Source: Gammaproteobacteria bacterium (GTDB taxonomy: Bacteria > Pseudomonadota > Gammaproteobacteria > Eutrophobiales > Eutrophobiaceae). Taken from it: a stretch of 64,000 nt of DNA. The stretch is from positions 2,784,001 to 2,848,000 of the forward strand of contig CBDCTH010000012.1 in the NCBI GenBank assembly GCA_965222155.1, read 5' to 3'. How positions within the stretch are numbered: position 1 is the stretch's first letter; every line of letters starts with the position of its first letter. The translations under genes and the position numbers were made by a program. Below the pieces are notes generated by a model. The model saw only the letters and a list, made by a program, of their open reading frames with translations. It was not told where the DNA came from and searched no databases. This document shows, piece after piece, positions 1 to 9,283 of the stretch.

Positions 1-1557
1 CAAAAAGCACCGGACAACACCGTTCCGGCGACACCGCTGATCACCAATTTTGAAGAGCTGGAAGATATTCAGTTCACAACGAATGCTGACATTCTCACGG
101 AAACACAAAAGATGAACGGTGCCTGTCCCGGATTTATCGCTGAAGACGCGCAACTGTATTGTATCGACCGCAGCGATCTGAACAAACACGAAGCCCTGGC
201 GTTGAATCAACTGATTAACCTCATCAGGGAGATACTTCATAAAGAACCTGTCATTCGCCAGACCACGCGTTCGGTATTCGAATCCTTCATCAATAAAAAC
301 AAAGAGATTTCACTGCAACAACAAACCCGGGAAAGCTCCAACCAGGTTAATGAGTTACTCGCTCAAGCCATAAACAATCATGCCACGGATATTCACCTGG
401 AAATCAGAAATAACAAAACTACCGTGTACCTGCGTATCTATGGCCGGCTCACAACCAGTCAATCCTTTGACAAAAGCCAGGGGATAAAAATTATCGCCGC
501 GGTCTGGAACATCTATGTCAACCAACCATTCAGCAACGGCGACGTCGCCAAGGACGGGCGTTTTAACTTCGATTATAAAGGACAAAAATGGCTGTGCCGG
601 GTGTCATACGGCTATTCAAAAGTCACCGATGAACGCAGCCTGGCTATTCGGCTGCGGGATATGAAGCATATCCCTGACATCACCACCCTTGGTTACCATG
701 ATAGCCAGTTGCATACCTTAAAGAGAATTTCAGCCGATAAAGGCATCACGCTGATTATCGGCGCGGTCAACTCCGGCAAATCGACCACACAAACCGCTAT
801 CATGAAGACCCGACCGGCACTGGAAAAGAATCTGGAGATCTCTGACCAGATTGAAGTTGAACTGGATAATTTTGTTCAACTCCAGTTGCCGATTGAAGGC
901 ACCGAAGAAATCATCCGGGAAAACAAGGAAAAACTCCGGCGGATTTCCACCCGGCACGACGTGGATTTTATCGCCATCAACGAAATACGCGACAGGGAAA
1001 CTGCCGTCATGGCCTCTTCCATGATGCTTCAGGGAACCACCGGGATTGCATCCATTCACGGTTCCGGTTGGGTTGACGCCATCAACCGGCTAGTCTCGCA
1101 AACCGATTTAGGCATCAGCTCTGACATCCTGTTCTCCGAATCTTTTCTGAGTTTAATCATCGTTCAATCCCTGATTGGCGTGCTCTGCCGGCATTGCAAA
1201 CTTAATACACACGTTGACCCGTTCTGGCAGGAGTATTACCGCACTGGTTTCGGTGCGGATATCAGTCAAAACGTTCGCTACCTCAACAACCGGGGTTGCC
1301 GCGCCTGCCGGCATTCAGGAATCGGGAAACTCACCCTTGTGGCCGAATGTATTCCGATTACTGAAGCGAACCGGCACCTGTTGATGAATACCGCCAATCC
1401 CCAGGCGATGCGTGACTGGATGCAGGAAAATGGCGCATTGAATATTCATCAGCATGCCTACACGAAGATCAGCAAAGGCGAACTGGACCCGTTGCTCACT
1501 CAGCGGAAGATAGGCAATTTCAACAAAGGAAATCTTTACGATGCGTGGCATCATTGA
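1..1557 (+). CDS. Type II/IV secretion-type extension ATPase (PilB/GspE/PilQ-like), 5' end outside the window
   Basis: Frame is open from base 1. ATDIHLE N-domain motif, Walker A GAVNSGKSTT, Walker B-like FIAINEIRD, Zn tetracysteine CRHC...CRAC. Confidence 0.85.
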   Translation, partial: QKAPDNTVPATPLITNFEELEDIQFTTNADILTETQKMNGACPGFIAEDAQLYCIDRSDLNKHEALALNQLINLIREILHKEPVIRQTTRSVFESFINKNKEISLQQQTRESSNQVNELLAQAINNHATDIHLEIRNNKTTVYLRIYGRLTTSQSFDKSQGIKIIAAVWNIYVNQPFSNGDVAKDGRFNFDYKGQKWLCRVSYGYSKVTDERSLAIRLRDMKHIPDITTLGYHDSQLHTLKRISADKGITLIIGAVNSGKSTTQTAIMKTRPALEKNLEISDQIEVELDNFVQLQLPIEGTEEIIRENKEKLRRISTRHDVDFIAINEIRDRETAVMASSMMLQGTTGIASIHGSGWVDAINRLVSQTDLGISSDILFSESFLSLIIVQSLIGVLCRHCKLNTHVDPFWQEYYRTGFGADISQNVRYLNNRGCRACRHSGIGKLTLVAECIPITEANRHLLMNTANPQAMRDWMQENGALNIHQHAYTKISKGELDPLLTQRKIGNFNKGNLYDAWHH

Positions 1558-2572
1558 AAATCTGCTACATAATCTCAAATCCTTTTATCTTCGTACGCTC
1601 CTGTTCAATAACGATACGCGGGTGTACTTTTATGCAACGTTGCGGGAGTACCTGAAAAGTCGTTTTCCATTGTTAACGGTTTTCAATCACATACAACAAC
1701 AAAGCAACAATCCGGCGATACATGATGTCGCCAAACTCAGTAAAAGAGCTATCCGCAATAATCAGCCCTTCGCCGCGTACTACTACCAGACCGGCCTGTT
1801 TACCGAGATGGAGAGCAACCTGTTGATATTGGGGGAACGCTATGATTGCATGGAAACCATCACGGACCTGTTGCTGGACCAGGACAACCAGGCCCCAGCG
1901 CTACTGCAAATCCTGTCAGGCAGTATTCAATGGATATTCATGACGTTGGTGATTACCGCCATGGCCATCTATACGCTACCTTACCTGCAAAATTACACTG
2001 AAGGTTACGTCCCGTTTTTTGACTACGTGATTTTTATCAAAACCTGGTGGCCGCACACACTTGGGCTGTGTGCCGGCGCCATGATCCTATACCACTGGTG
2101 TTGTTACCGTCTGACAGGGCCGGTCCGTGGGATTCTGACAGCCTGCGGATTTTTCCGGGTATATGCCATGTTAATCGAACGACGGTTCCTGAAAATCAGC
2201 GGCGCACTGATCTCCTCCCGCCTGCCCCCTGACGAATTCCTGCAGTTGATGGAGACAACGTTTGCCAAACATAGCTTGTTCAGGCTGTCATTACAGAAAA
2301 GCAGGGCCAGGCTCAAGGAGACCTCGTTACTGCAAGTCCTGCGCGGCGTGTTATCGCCGTATACCTATACCCACGTACTGGCCTGTACGCCTAACCAGAC
2401 CCCCAACGAAATTGCAAATGGTTTCAACATGGCGGGACGGATGTTGAACATCAGGTTGACGAAGACCATCAAAACCTACCGGGTTTTTTACACGATTGTG
2501 TTCTTGACATTAAGCATTGCCGTCACCATTCCCTTTGCACTGGTTTCCATGGGGATGGGAATTGATATCTAA
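1541..2572 (+). CDS. Type IV pilus/T2SS inner-membrane platform protein (GspF/PilC/PilR-like)
   Basis: 343 aa, overlaps the ATPase stop. About three TM segments including a C-terminal one. GLFTEMESNLLILGE resembles the GspF-domain signature. Confidence 0.7.
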   Translation: MRGIIENLLHNLKSFYLRTLLFNNDTRVYFYATLREYLKSRFPLLTVFNHIQQQSNNPAIHDVAKLSKRAIRNNQPFAAYYYQTGLFTEMESNLLILGERYDCMETITDLLLDQDNQAPALLQILSGSIQWIFMTLVITAMAIYTLPYLQNYTEGYVPFFDYVIFIKTWWPHTLGLCAGAMILYHWCCYRLTGPVRGILTACGFFRVYAMLIERRFLKISGALISSRLPPDEFLQLMETTFAKHSLFRLSLQKSRARLKETSLLQVLRGVLSPYTYTHVLACTPNQTPNEIANGFNMAGRMLNIRLTKTIKTYRVFYTIVFLTLSIAVTIPFALVSMGMGIDI

Positions 2573-2590
2573 CCACAGGAGGAAATTACC

Positions 2591-3034
2591 ATGAACCAGG
2601 TTGCTATCGTATTTGGATTAATCATCACAACTGTTGTGGGCCTCGGCGCATACACCGCGCTTGCGCCGCTAATCACCCAATCGGAAAACCGCAACATGGA
2701 GGCCGAGATCATAAACGTGATCAACGCAGCATCGGAATATCGTTGGGTTAATCGCAATGCTGATGACCTGGCAGATGCCGACTTTGAAGCCCTGGTGGAT
2801 AACGGCTACCTGGACTCGGAGTTGTATGGTGACGGCGCCGCTGAGAGTGTGATTGAAACGGATATCACGGCCACTCCAGGTGGTGAGTCTCCCGCTATTA
2901 CTTACGATGCCGGTGACAGTGAAAGTTGCAACTGGCTACTGAACCGGGTGACAACCGGCAAGTGGCCCAATGTGGATGCGCACAATGAGTCAAATGCCTG
3001 CAACGAAGCCGTCATTACCGTAGCCATAGAATAA
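2591..3034 (+). CDS. Putative major pilin-like protein (PilS-like), no class III leader
   Basis: Strong RBS AGGAGG. N-terminal hydrophobic helix, then an amphipathic helix, and a C-terminal Cys pair (ESCNW...NACNE). Follows the platform gene. Confidence 0.6.
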   Translation: MNQVAIVFGLIITTVVGLGAYTALAPLITQSENRNMEAEIINVINAASEYRWVNRNADDLADADFEALVDNGYLDSELYGDGAAESVIETDITATPGGESPAITYDAGDSESCNWLLNRVTTGKWPNVDAHNESNACNEAVITVAIE

Positions 3035-3037
3035 TCC

Positions 3038-3490
3038 ATGCAGGTTGTCTTATATAACTTTGCCCTGGCCGTTGTCTTCCTATTGGGAATCACAACGATG
3101 ATACAGCCGCAACGGCAGACTCATGGGTACCTGCAAACCCTGGAAGATATCCAGCGCGCGGGTATCGACTTCATCGGCGCCCACTGCGGCGCCTTGCCCG
3201 ATGCGGTAACCGACGAGCAGTTACAGGAGTCGAACTACCTGGCGCATAGCTTCGACAATCAAGGCATAGTGTTCACCTGGCGCCTGGCTGATCACCCCGT
3301 CGTCAGTGTCAATGCACGCGGTAATACCGACTACCTGGCGTTCCTGGCCAGGCACACTCTCGGAGAATTTGAAATGGACAATTCCTACTCATTCATCCCC
3401 AGTCATGATATGACCCTGTTCCGTGCGGCAAACAGCAGTTACAACCTGTTCGCCTACGCGGGTAACAACTTCGCCTGTGGCTCGTCATGA
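3038..3490 (+). CDS. Minor pilin-like protein
   Basis: 150 aa, N-terminal TM helix, two Cys, tightly coupled within the operon. Confidence 0.5.
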   Translation: MQVVLYNFALAVVFLLGITTMIQPQRQTHGYLQTLEDIQRAGIDFIGAHCGALPDAVTDEQLQESNYLAHSFDNQGIVFTWRLADHPVVSVNARGNTDYLAFLARHTLGEFEMDNSYSFIPSHDMTLFRAANSSYNLFAYAGNNFACGSS

Positions 3491-4137
3491 ACGTCCTTCC
3501 CACTGTTTATTTCATGCTGATATTCAGTCTGCTGTCGCTGGGTCTGAGTTTCCGGATAGAGGAACGGGCCCGTTCCCTGGTGCCGGACCGGGTCCAGAAC
3601 AGCATCATACAATTGGCCCTGGCTCAGCACCGTTATATCTCAGACCCGGACAATCCTCATGCCGGCAATTATGCCGGTGACATCAGCAGCTTGGATGATT
3701 ACCTGCCCATATGGGAAGCGGAGCCGGGCTTTGCCGAAGCGGTCTTTGATTTTCGCGTGACAGGCGGGTTTACCATCAGTTATCGCGCGACAAACAACGC
3801 AGAAGCCGGCCGCATTGCCGCACGCCTGGGCGCGATTGCCCGGGTCAGCGATAACGTGGTCACCGTCGGCTTTGCCGATCCCACCGATCTGGCCCTGCTT
3901 GATGAATTTGTTACGCAGGATGACGCAGAGGCTGAATTTGTCAGACGGGCAGGTGATGAAATGTCCGGGCCATTGAGCTTCAGCACCGGTCTGGGTGAAG
4001 CCATAGACATGAATCAGAATTCATTGACTGATGTGTTGCGGATCATTGCCCGGAATCCTGCCGCTAGCGGAACCGTGGAAGCAGATATTATCGTGGGAAC
4101 TACCGCCACCTTCAACGACATTCTCATCAACCCTTAA
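3487..4137 (+). CDS. PilV-like minor pilin/tip protein
   Basis: ATGA overlap with the previous gene. N-terminal TM helix; FVRRAGDEMSGPL...IDMNQNSLTDV resembles the PilV constant-region/fibre repeat. Confidence 0.5.
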   Translation: MNVLPTVYFMLIFSLLSLGLSFRIEERARSLVPDRVQNSIIQLALAQHRYISDPDNPHAGNYAGDISSLDDYLPIWEAEPGFAEAVFDFRVTGGFTISYRATNNAEAGRIAARLGAIARVSDNVVTVGFADPTDLALLDEFVTQDDAEAEFVRRAGDEMSGPLSFSTGLGEAIDMNQNSLTDVLRIIARNPAASGTVEADIIVGTTATFNDILINP

Positions 4138-4339
4138 AGACCGGAAAAATGCAATAGTCCGACAGGAGGAAAGACGCTACATAAGATTGAACAAAGCAAC
4201 AATATCTGTGGTAATTAAATGAATCATTCCCGCAACGCGGGATGATCGTGTCCCTGGTGGACATGACAACAGCAACTGACCCAAGGGCTGAAATACGTCC
4301 TTGGGCGTATTCCCCTTGTGGTCCAACCACAGGAGAAAT

Positions 4340-4636
4340 ATGATGAAGATAAAGCTGAAATATCTGGTGATTGTTTTTTTACTTCTTATCGTGGGCAGTC
4401 ACGTCGTAGCCAGCCCTTTTCTGGCAGAGGCAAGAGACGTGATGCTCAAATGCACATTGACGGAAGTAAAGCCGCAAATCATTTATCGTGCTTACGATAA
4501 GACCGGCAATACCACCCGCAAAAGCAGCAAAGTCGATAAGAATGAAAGCCTTGAAGACGCGTTGGTACGGAGTAACCTGGGTTGCATCGTCAAAACGATC
4601 GATTCAATGCTGACATACAAAAAACTCGTCCAGTAG
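4340..4636 (+). CDS. Small exported hypothetical protein
   Basis: AGGAG RBS before ATG 4340. Signal peptide MMKIKLKYLVIVFLLLIVGSHVVA, two Cys. Confidence 0.6.
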   Translation: MMKIKLKYLVIVFLLLIVGSHVVASPFLAEARDVMLKCTLTEVKPQIIYRAYDKTGNTTRKSSKVDKNESLEDALVRSNLGCIVKTIDSMLTYKKLVQ

Positions 4637-4656
4637 TTTCATTCAGTCTGCTGACC

Positions 4657-4684
4657 GAAAAGCCGATCTTCGGATCGGCTTTTC
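4657..4684. terminator. Bidirectional rho-independent terminator
   Basis: GAAAAGCCGATC-TTCG-GATCGGCTTTTC perfect hairpin between convergent genes. Confidence 0.85.
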
Positions 4685-4698
4685 TTTATTGACAGACA

Positions 4699-6168
4699 CT
4701 ATGTTCTTTCAACGATATTCGCACAGAATTCACGGACGCCTGTCCGGTCCGCGGCTGGAACTCTGCACGCATCAAATATCAACTCATCTATTCTTTGTAT
4801 GAACACTTGGGCCGCTTGAGGGTCCGGACGGATTTCATAAGCTTCTTGGACTATCCGGCTCAATGCCTTTCGTACTGCCGCCGGGATGGTCGGCAGAGGA
4901 ATCCTAGCGACGTAACCGGCCGTAATCATATTCGAGCGCAGCAGGACACCACGGACAAGATAGTTGCAGAGAGAACTGTTCAGGAAACCCAGGAGCCACC
5001 ATCGATCTTCCTCGGTTGGGAAGATGTTTGCATTGACGCCGAAAGCCGAGTTGCCGGGGAGAATCGCGGCCCCGAATGCCACGCCCATTGACGAACAGGT
5101 GATGCCGGGAAGACCGATATACGGCTTGTTCCTTATGATGAAATTCTGCCTGTTTCCCGCCACGTCTCGGTAATCATCGCGCAAATACGCATCAGGACAG
5201 GCAAAAAACCGGCGGTTTCCGGGATTCTTGTAGAACGGTACGGTAAAACCCTTCCTTCTTGTGGGAGACAGGTGCGCCTTGTCATTCCCGGTGGAAATCC
5301 CGGTCCTGCAGGGAAAGCGTTCCCCCAGGCGCGGCGCACTGAACAGCGCGCGAACCGCGTCAGGCACTTCTATAATAAATTCGTTGCGATCTTTGGGTGA
5401 TGAAAGAAAAACCTTTTCCGGCGCATAAGTTAGAAATGTATTCGCCCTGAGAATCCGTTCAAATTGCGTTGACGTTTCCGGCCTGCCCGCCACTTCAATC
5501 CGGTTCGTCCCCTGGTGACCCTTCTGTAAAATCAGGATGGATGTTCGCACGTCGGCTCCCTGTTTCCTGAATAAATCCGTCGGGCATAACAACAGCGAAT
5601 GGATCCGGCACTCCGCTCGTATGAACCTGCGCAGACTTTCATGTCCCCTTGCAGTCAAAAAGGAATCAAAGGTGATCAGACCGATCAGGCATCCGGGTTT
5701 TGCAACGCGGATGATTGCATAGACAAACAGTGAATAAAGATTGAGGACCGCGTTCCTGCCAAAGCACAAAGCAAGCCTTTGTTTATGTTTTCGCAGGTAT
5801 TCGTGCTCGTGGCAATTGTAAGGCGGGTTGGCTACGATCATATCGGCGTCAGCTATACCACCTGGAGTTGATGATCCATCCAGCATATCGACGGCCGACA
5901 GCAGGAAGTCGCGTTGCTCGAAATCAAAGAACTTATCAGGGCAAATATCGATAATGTCATAGCCGCACAGGCGTGCGCCGGTATGGCGAAACGGCGCCAG
6001 CAGTTCGCCATTACCCACACAGGGGTCATAGATAAGATTGGGGTCGGGCTTGAGGGATAATAATTTTCGTTTGAAGAACCCGGCGACAGGTTCAGGCGTT
6101 GAGTAATAACCCGAATCCCGCCTGTCGATTCCAGCGCTGGTCAAGACCGATTTTCTGTGCCTGCCCAT
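4699..6168 (-). CDS. N6-adenine DNA methyltransferase (gamma class, TaqI/Eco57I-like), orphan
   Basis: GYYSTP, motif I DPCVGNGELL, motif IV ANPPY, TaqI-like C-terminal TRD (LLGFLNS...LPLP). Confidence 0.85.
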   Translation of the reverse strand: MGRHRKSVLTSAGIDRRDSGYYSTPEPVAGFFKRKLLSLKPDPNLIYDPCVGNGELLAPFRHTGARLCGYDIIDICPDKFFDFEQRDFLLSAVDMLDGSSTPGGIADADMIVANPPYNCHEHEYLRKHKQRLALCFGRNAVLNLYSLFVYAIIRVAKPGCLIGLITFDSFLTARGHESLRRFIRAECRIHSLLLCPTDLFRKQGADVRTSILILQKGHQGTNRIEVAGRPETSTQFERILRANTFLTYAPEKVFLSSPKDRNEFIIEVPDAVRALFSAPRLGERFPCRTGISTGNDKAHLSPTRRKGFTVPFYKNPGNRRFFACPDAYLRDDYRDVAGNRQNFIIRNKPYIGLPGITCSSMGVAFGAAILPGNSAFGVNANIFPTEEDRWWLLGFLNSSLCNYLVRGVLLRSNMITAGYVARIPLPTIPAAVRKALSRIVQEAYEIRPDPQAAQVFIQRIDELIFDACRVPAADRTGVREFCANIVERT

Positions 6169-6237
6169 TAAAATTACAAATGTGCCGTTGGGAGCGATTT
6201 TCGAATGCTACCAGCCAGCCTGCTGTATCCCAGGGTT

Positions 6238-7959
6238 TCAGGGTTCTGAATTATAAACCTCCTGGCCAGACACCACCGTCAATACTACCTGCGTCTCGCT
6301 GATGTCTTCCAACGGCACCTGGAAAATATTCCTGTCCAGGACGATGAAATCGGCGGACTTGCCGACCTCGATAGTGCCCGTACGGTCTGCATGCTTTCCC
6401 GCGACGGCGCCGTTGATGGTAAATATCCGTAGCGCGTCCTCCAGGGCAATGGCCTGCTCCGGCCACAACTTACCGGGACGTACTCCATAGGGGTCCTGTC
6501 TCGTCACCATGGCTTCAATCCCCGGCCAGGGATTGGGGTTGGGCACCACAGACGGCCAGTCGGAACCGTAAATAAGGTGAGCGCCGGCGTCCTGCAGTGA
6601 TTTTATGGGCCAGAACCGGTTTGCTCTATCCTGTCCTATCACCTGCGCCATTACCTCAACCAGTAGTGACGGATACCACAGGATGGGGGAGAATTCCGCG
6701 GTCACGTTCAGTTGTTTGAAGCGGGGAATATCATCCGGGTGAATCAGTTCCGCATGGGAAATCTCGTGCATCATGCCTGAAGCGCCGTTTGCCTTACGCG
6801 CCGCTTCGATGGCATCCAGCGCAACCCGTACCGAGCGGTCGCCGGTCGCATGGATCTTGACCGTCAGGCCCTGGCCGTCCAGATAAACCATATCCTCGGT
6901 CAATTGTTCGGGAGTATGAATCAGCTTGCCAGAGAAACTGTCACCGAATTTCTCATCCGGCAGGTACGGGTCCAGCATGGCGGCGGTACGCGTCGGCGGG
7001 ATACCGTCAAGCATGATCTTAATGAACTCGGTCCCGACGTTCTCCGTAGCGTACTCGGCGCGCGTCCTGACGTTCCGCTCGTAATCGGTCCAGAACATTT
7101 TCCAGGCGATACTGGTGCTGACTTTCATGGTCAGCCGGCCGCTTTGGTCCAGGCTCCGATAGGCTTTAAGCGCATGCGCGCCGGCCAAGGCGTCCTTGAT
7201 CGTTGTCACGCCTACCTTGTTCATTTCATGCATCGACCAGGACAGCGCGGTCTCGTATTGCTCGGCGGTATAAGACGGCAACTTTTCAAGGATATTATAA
7301 GCGGCGTTATCGACCAGGACGCCCGTCGGCTCCATACTTCCCGGCTCCCTGATGATCACACCGCCCTGGGGGTCCGGCGTGTCCTGGTCAATACCCAGTT
7401 CGTCCAGCGCCCGGGAGTTGAGCCAGGCCCCGTGTACGGTCGAATCGCCCAGATAAATCGGGTGATCGCGGGTGATCGCATCCAGAATGTCCTTGTGCGG
7501 AACCGTATCGGTTTCCAGCAGTTCCATAGCCCACTGCCCGCCGCGAATCCACTCACCGGGCGGAGTGTCGGCCGCGCACTCCGTTATCTTTGCGACGATC
7601 TCATCCATCGTGAAGGTAAAAGGAAACGCGCACTGAAAGTTATATGTCTCGCCGGCCTCCATGGGATGGGCATGCATATCGTGTATTCCCGGCATCAACA
7701 TCCTGCCATTGAGGTCGACAACCCGGGTCTGGTCCGAAACCAGCGCCTGTACCTCCTGGTTGCTGCCCAGCGCGATGATCAACCCGTCTTTAACCGCCAG
7801 CGCTTCCGCCGTGGCTTGCTCGGGATTGACCGTATAAATAAACCCGTTGATGTAGACAGTATCCTGCGATTGAGCCTGTTTGTTCTCAGAACAGCCGCCG
7901 GCAAAAACCAGTGCTGCCGTAACGATAAATCCAGCAAATTTCAGTTCTCTAATTTTCAT
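6238..7959 (-). CDS. Amidohydrolase family 3 (YtcJ-like) lipoprotein
   Basis: MPGIHDMHAH metal motif, HATGD, GSDWP, GTIEVGKSADFIVLD, lipobox FAGGC. Confidence 0.9.
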   Translation of the reverse strand: MKIRELKFAGFIVTAALVFAGGCSENKQAQSQDTVYINGFIYTVNPEQATAEALAVKDGLIIALGSNQEVQALVSDQTRVVDLNGRMLMPGIHDMHAHPMEAGETYNFQCAFPFTFTMDEIVAKITECAADTPPGEWIRGGQWAMELLETDTVPHKDILDAITRDHPIYLGDSTVHGAWLNSRALDELGIDQDTPDPQGGVIIREPGSMEPTGVLVDNAAYNILEKLPSYTAEQYETALSWSMHEMNKVGVTTIKDALAGAHALKAYRSLDQSGRLTMKVSTSIAWKMFWTDYERNVRTRAEYATENVGTEFIKIMLDGIPPTRTAAMLDPYLPDEKFGDSFSGKLIHTPEQLTEDMVYLDGQGLTVKIHATGDRSVRVALDAIEAARKANGASGMMHEISHAELIHPDDIPRFKQLNVTAEFSPILWYPSLLVEVMAQVIGQDRANRFWPIKSLQDAGAHLIYGSDWPSVVPNPNPWPGIEAMVTRQDPYGVRPGKLWPEQAIALEDALRIFTINGAVAGKHADRTGTIEVGKSADFIVLDRNIFQVPLEDISETQVVLTVVSGQEVYNSEP

Positions 7960-8080
7960 ATTTCAGTCCGTCCAAGTGCTCCGTAAACTTCATATTACAA
8001 GCAGTTATATTGATGATAGCATCCCTTGCCGCCATACCGGCAAAAGACTACGTTAGTATGATGAAAGAAAACTTATCCGC

Positions 8081-9115
8081 TCAGGCGATTTTCAACTGAG
8101 GCATGACGTTTGTGGCAAATCGATCCAGGGAACGCATTTCCTCATCGTGTCCGATATCGCCGAACGCAGGTTGCAGCGCCAGGTAATTCACGCCGGTTAT
8201 CTCCACTTGCCGGGCCAGGGCGTCCACTACCCTGCTTGCGCTGCCGTGGACCATCATGCCGATATCTACGGCGGTTTCGAATTTGGATATGGGGCCGAGG
8301 TGGGGAGCCTCAACATTATTCTCGACCCACAATTTATGCAGTTTTATAAACCAGTCATCGTAAGCCTGGCGGGCAACCGCCTCCGCTTTCCGTTCATCTT
8401 CATTCACATAAACCAATCGCCAGGCGCCAATAAAAGGTTGTTCATGGCCTCCTGCGGGTCGCAGGGGATCATCTTTGCTGGCGTCCCACTCTGCCCGATA
8501 GTTTTCGCTGGCCTGGCGGATAACTTCAGTCGGGCCCAGGGAAATCGTATGCATGCCGCGCCGGGCTGCTTCGGCCTGGCCCGCGGGGGACATGGACGCG
8601 CTCCACAGGGGCAATGGCGATTGCTCGGCCTGCACGGCCATGGGTACGTCTTTGTATTGATAGTGTTTTCCTGTAAAGGTTAATGTTGTGCAATTCAACC
8701 CCTCAATGATCAGGTCCACACCCTCGATAAACATTTCCATGGCATCATCCGGGTCGACGCCGAAGAAAGCGACTTCGATCGGCGATACGCCGCGGCCCAA
8801 ACCCACCTCCAAGCGGCCGTTACTGAGATTATCCAACATGCAGATCTCTTCAATTAAACGTAACGGTATATAAAGAGGGACCAGGTATACCAGCGGTCCG
8901 ATGCGTATAGATGAAGTCGCCTGTGCCAGGGCGGCCAGAAATATCCCGGGAGACGGCGCGGCGCCTAGCGGTGTGCCATGATGCTCCGCCAGGTGGTATC
9001 CCCTGAAGCCAGCGGCCTCCGCCGCCTGAACAAATGTAATCCTCTCGGCGTAGGTTCTGCTCAATGGCTCCGCGCGCATATCCAGGTGATCAAAGATGCC
9101 GAATTCGATAGTCAT
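8081..9115 (-). CDS. LLM-class flavin-dependent oxidoreductase (luciferase-like)
   Basis: AEHHG, TSSIRIG and LDNLSNGRLEVGLGRG signatures. Confidence 0.9.
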   Translation of the reverse strand: MTIEFGIFDHLDMRAEPLSRTYAERITFVQAAEAAGFRGYHLAEHHGTPLGAAPSPGIFLAALAQATSSIRIGPLVYLVPLYIPLRLIEEICMLDNLSNGRLEVGLGRGVSPIEVAFFGVDPDDAMEMFIEGVDLIIEGLNCTTLTFTGKHYQYKDVPMAVQAEQSPLPLWSASMSPAGQAEAARRGMHTISLGPTEVIRQASENYRAEWDASKDDPLRPAGGHEQPFIGAWRLVYVNEDERKAEAVARQAYDDWFIKLHKLWVENNVEAPHLGPISKFETAVDIGMMVHGSASRVVDALARQVEITGVNYLALQPAFGDIGHDEEMRSLDRFATNVMPQLKIA

Positions 9116-9283
9116 TCCTTATTGCCATATATGGATTCTTCCACCTTACAGGCCGCATTCTACCTTCTTTCTGCGGAAAAATTGCCTCACTGTCGGAATT
9201 CCGTGTATTCTTATCACCTTTTAAAATCCCGGCAAGGTTTTTTTTGATATATTCACCCATTTGCGCTATTACGAGAATAAAGC

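Noticed and set aside
4140-4340. c-di-GMP or other known riboswitch near the pilus genes
   Set aside because: Consensus motifs of the riboswitch classes I can recall are not matched; kept only as an unassigned structured leader.
6850-7986. Long antisense or alternate-frame ORFs (also 14549-15418, 34260-34964, 36341-37162, 54258-55322)
   Set aside because: Shadow ORFs of well-supported genes in GC-rich DNA, with no recognisable motifs.
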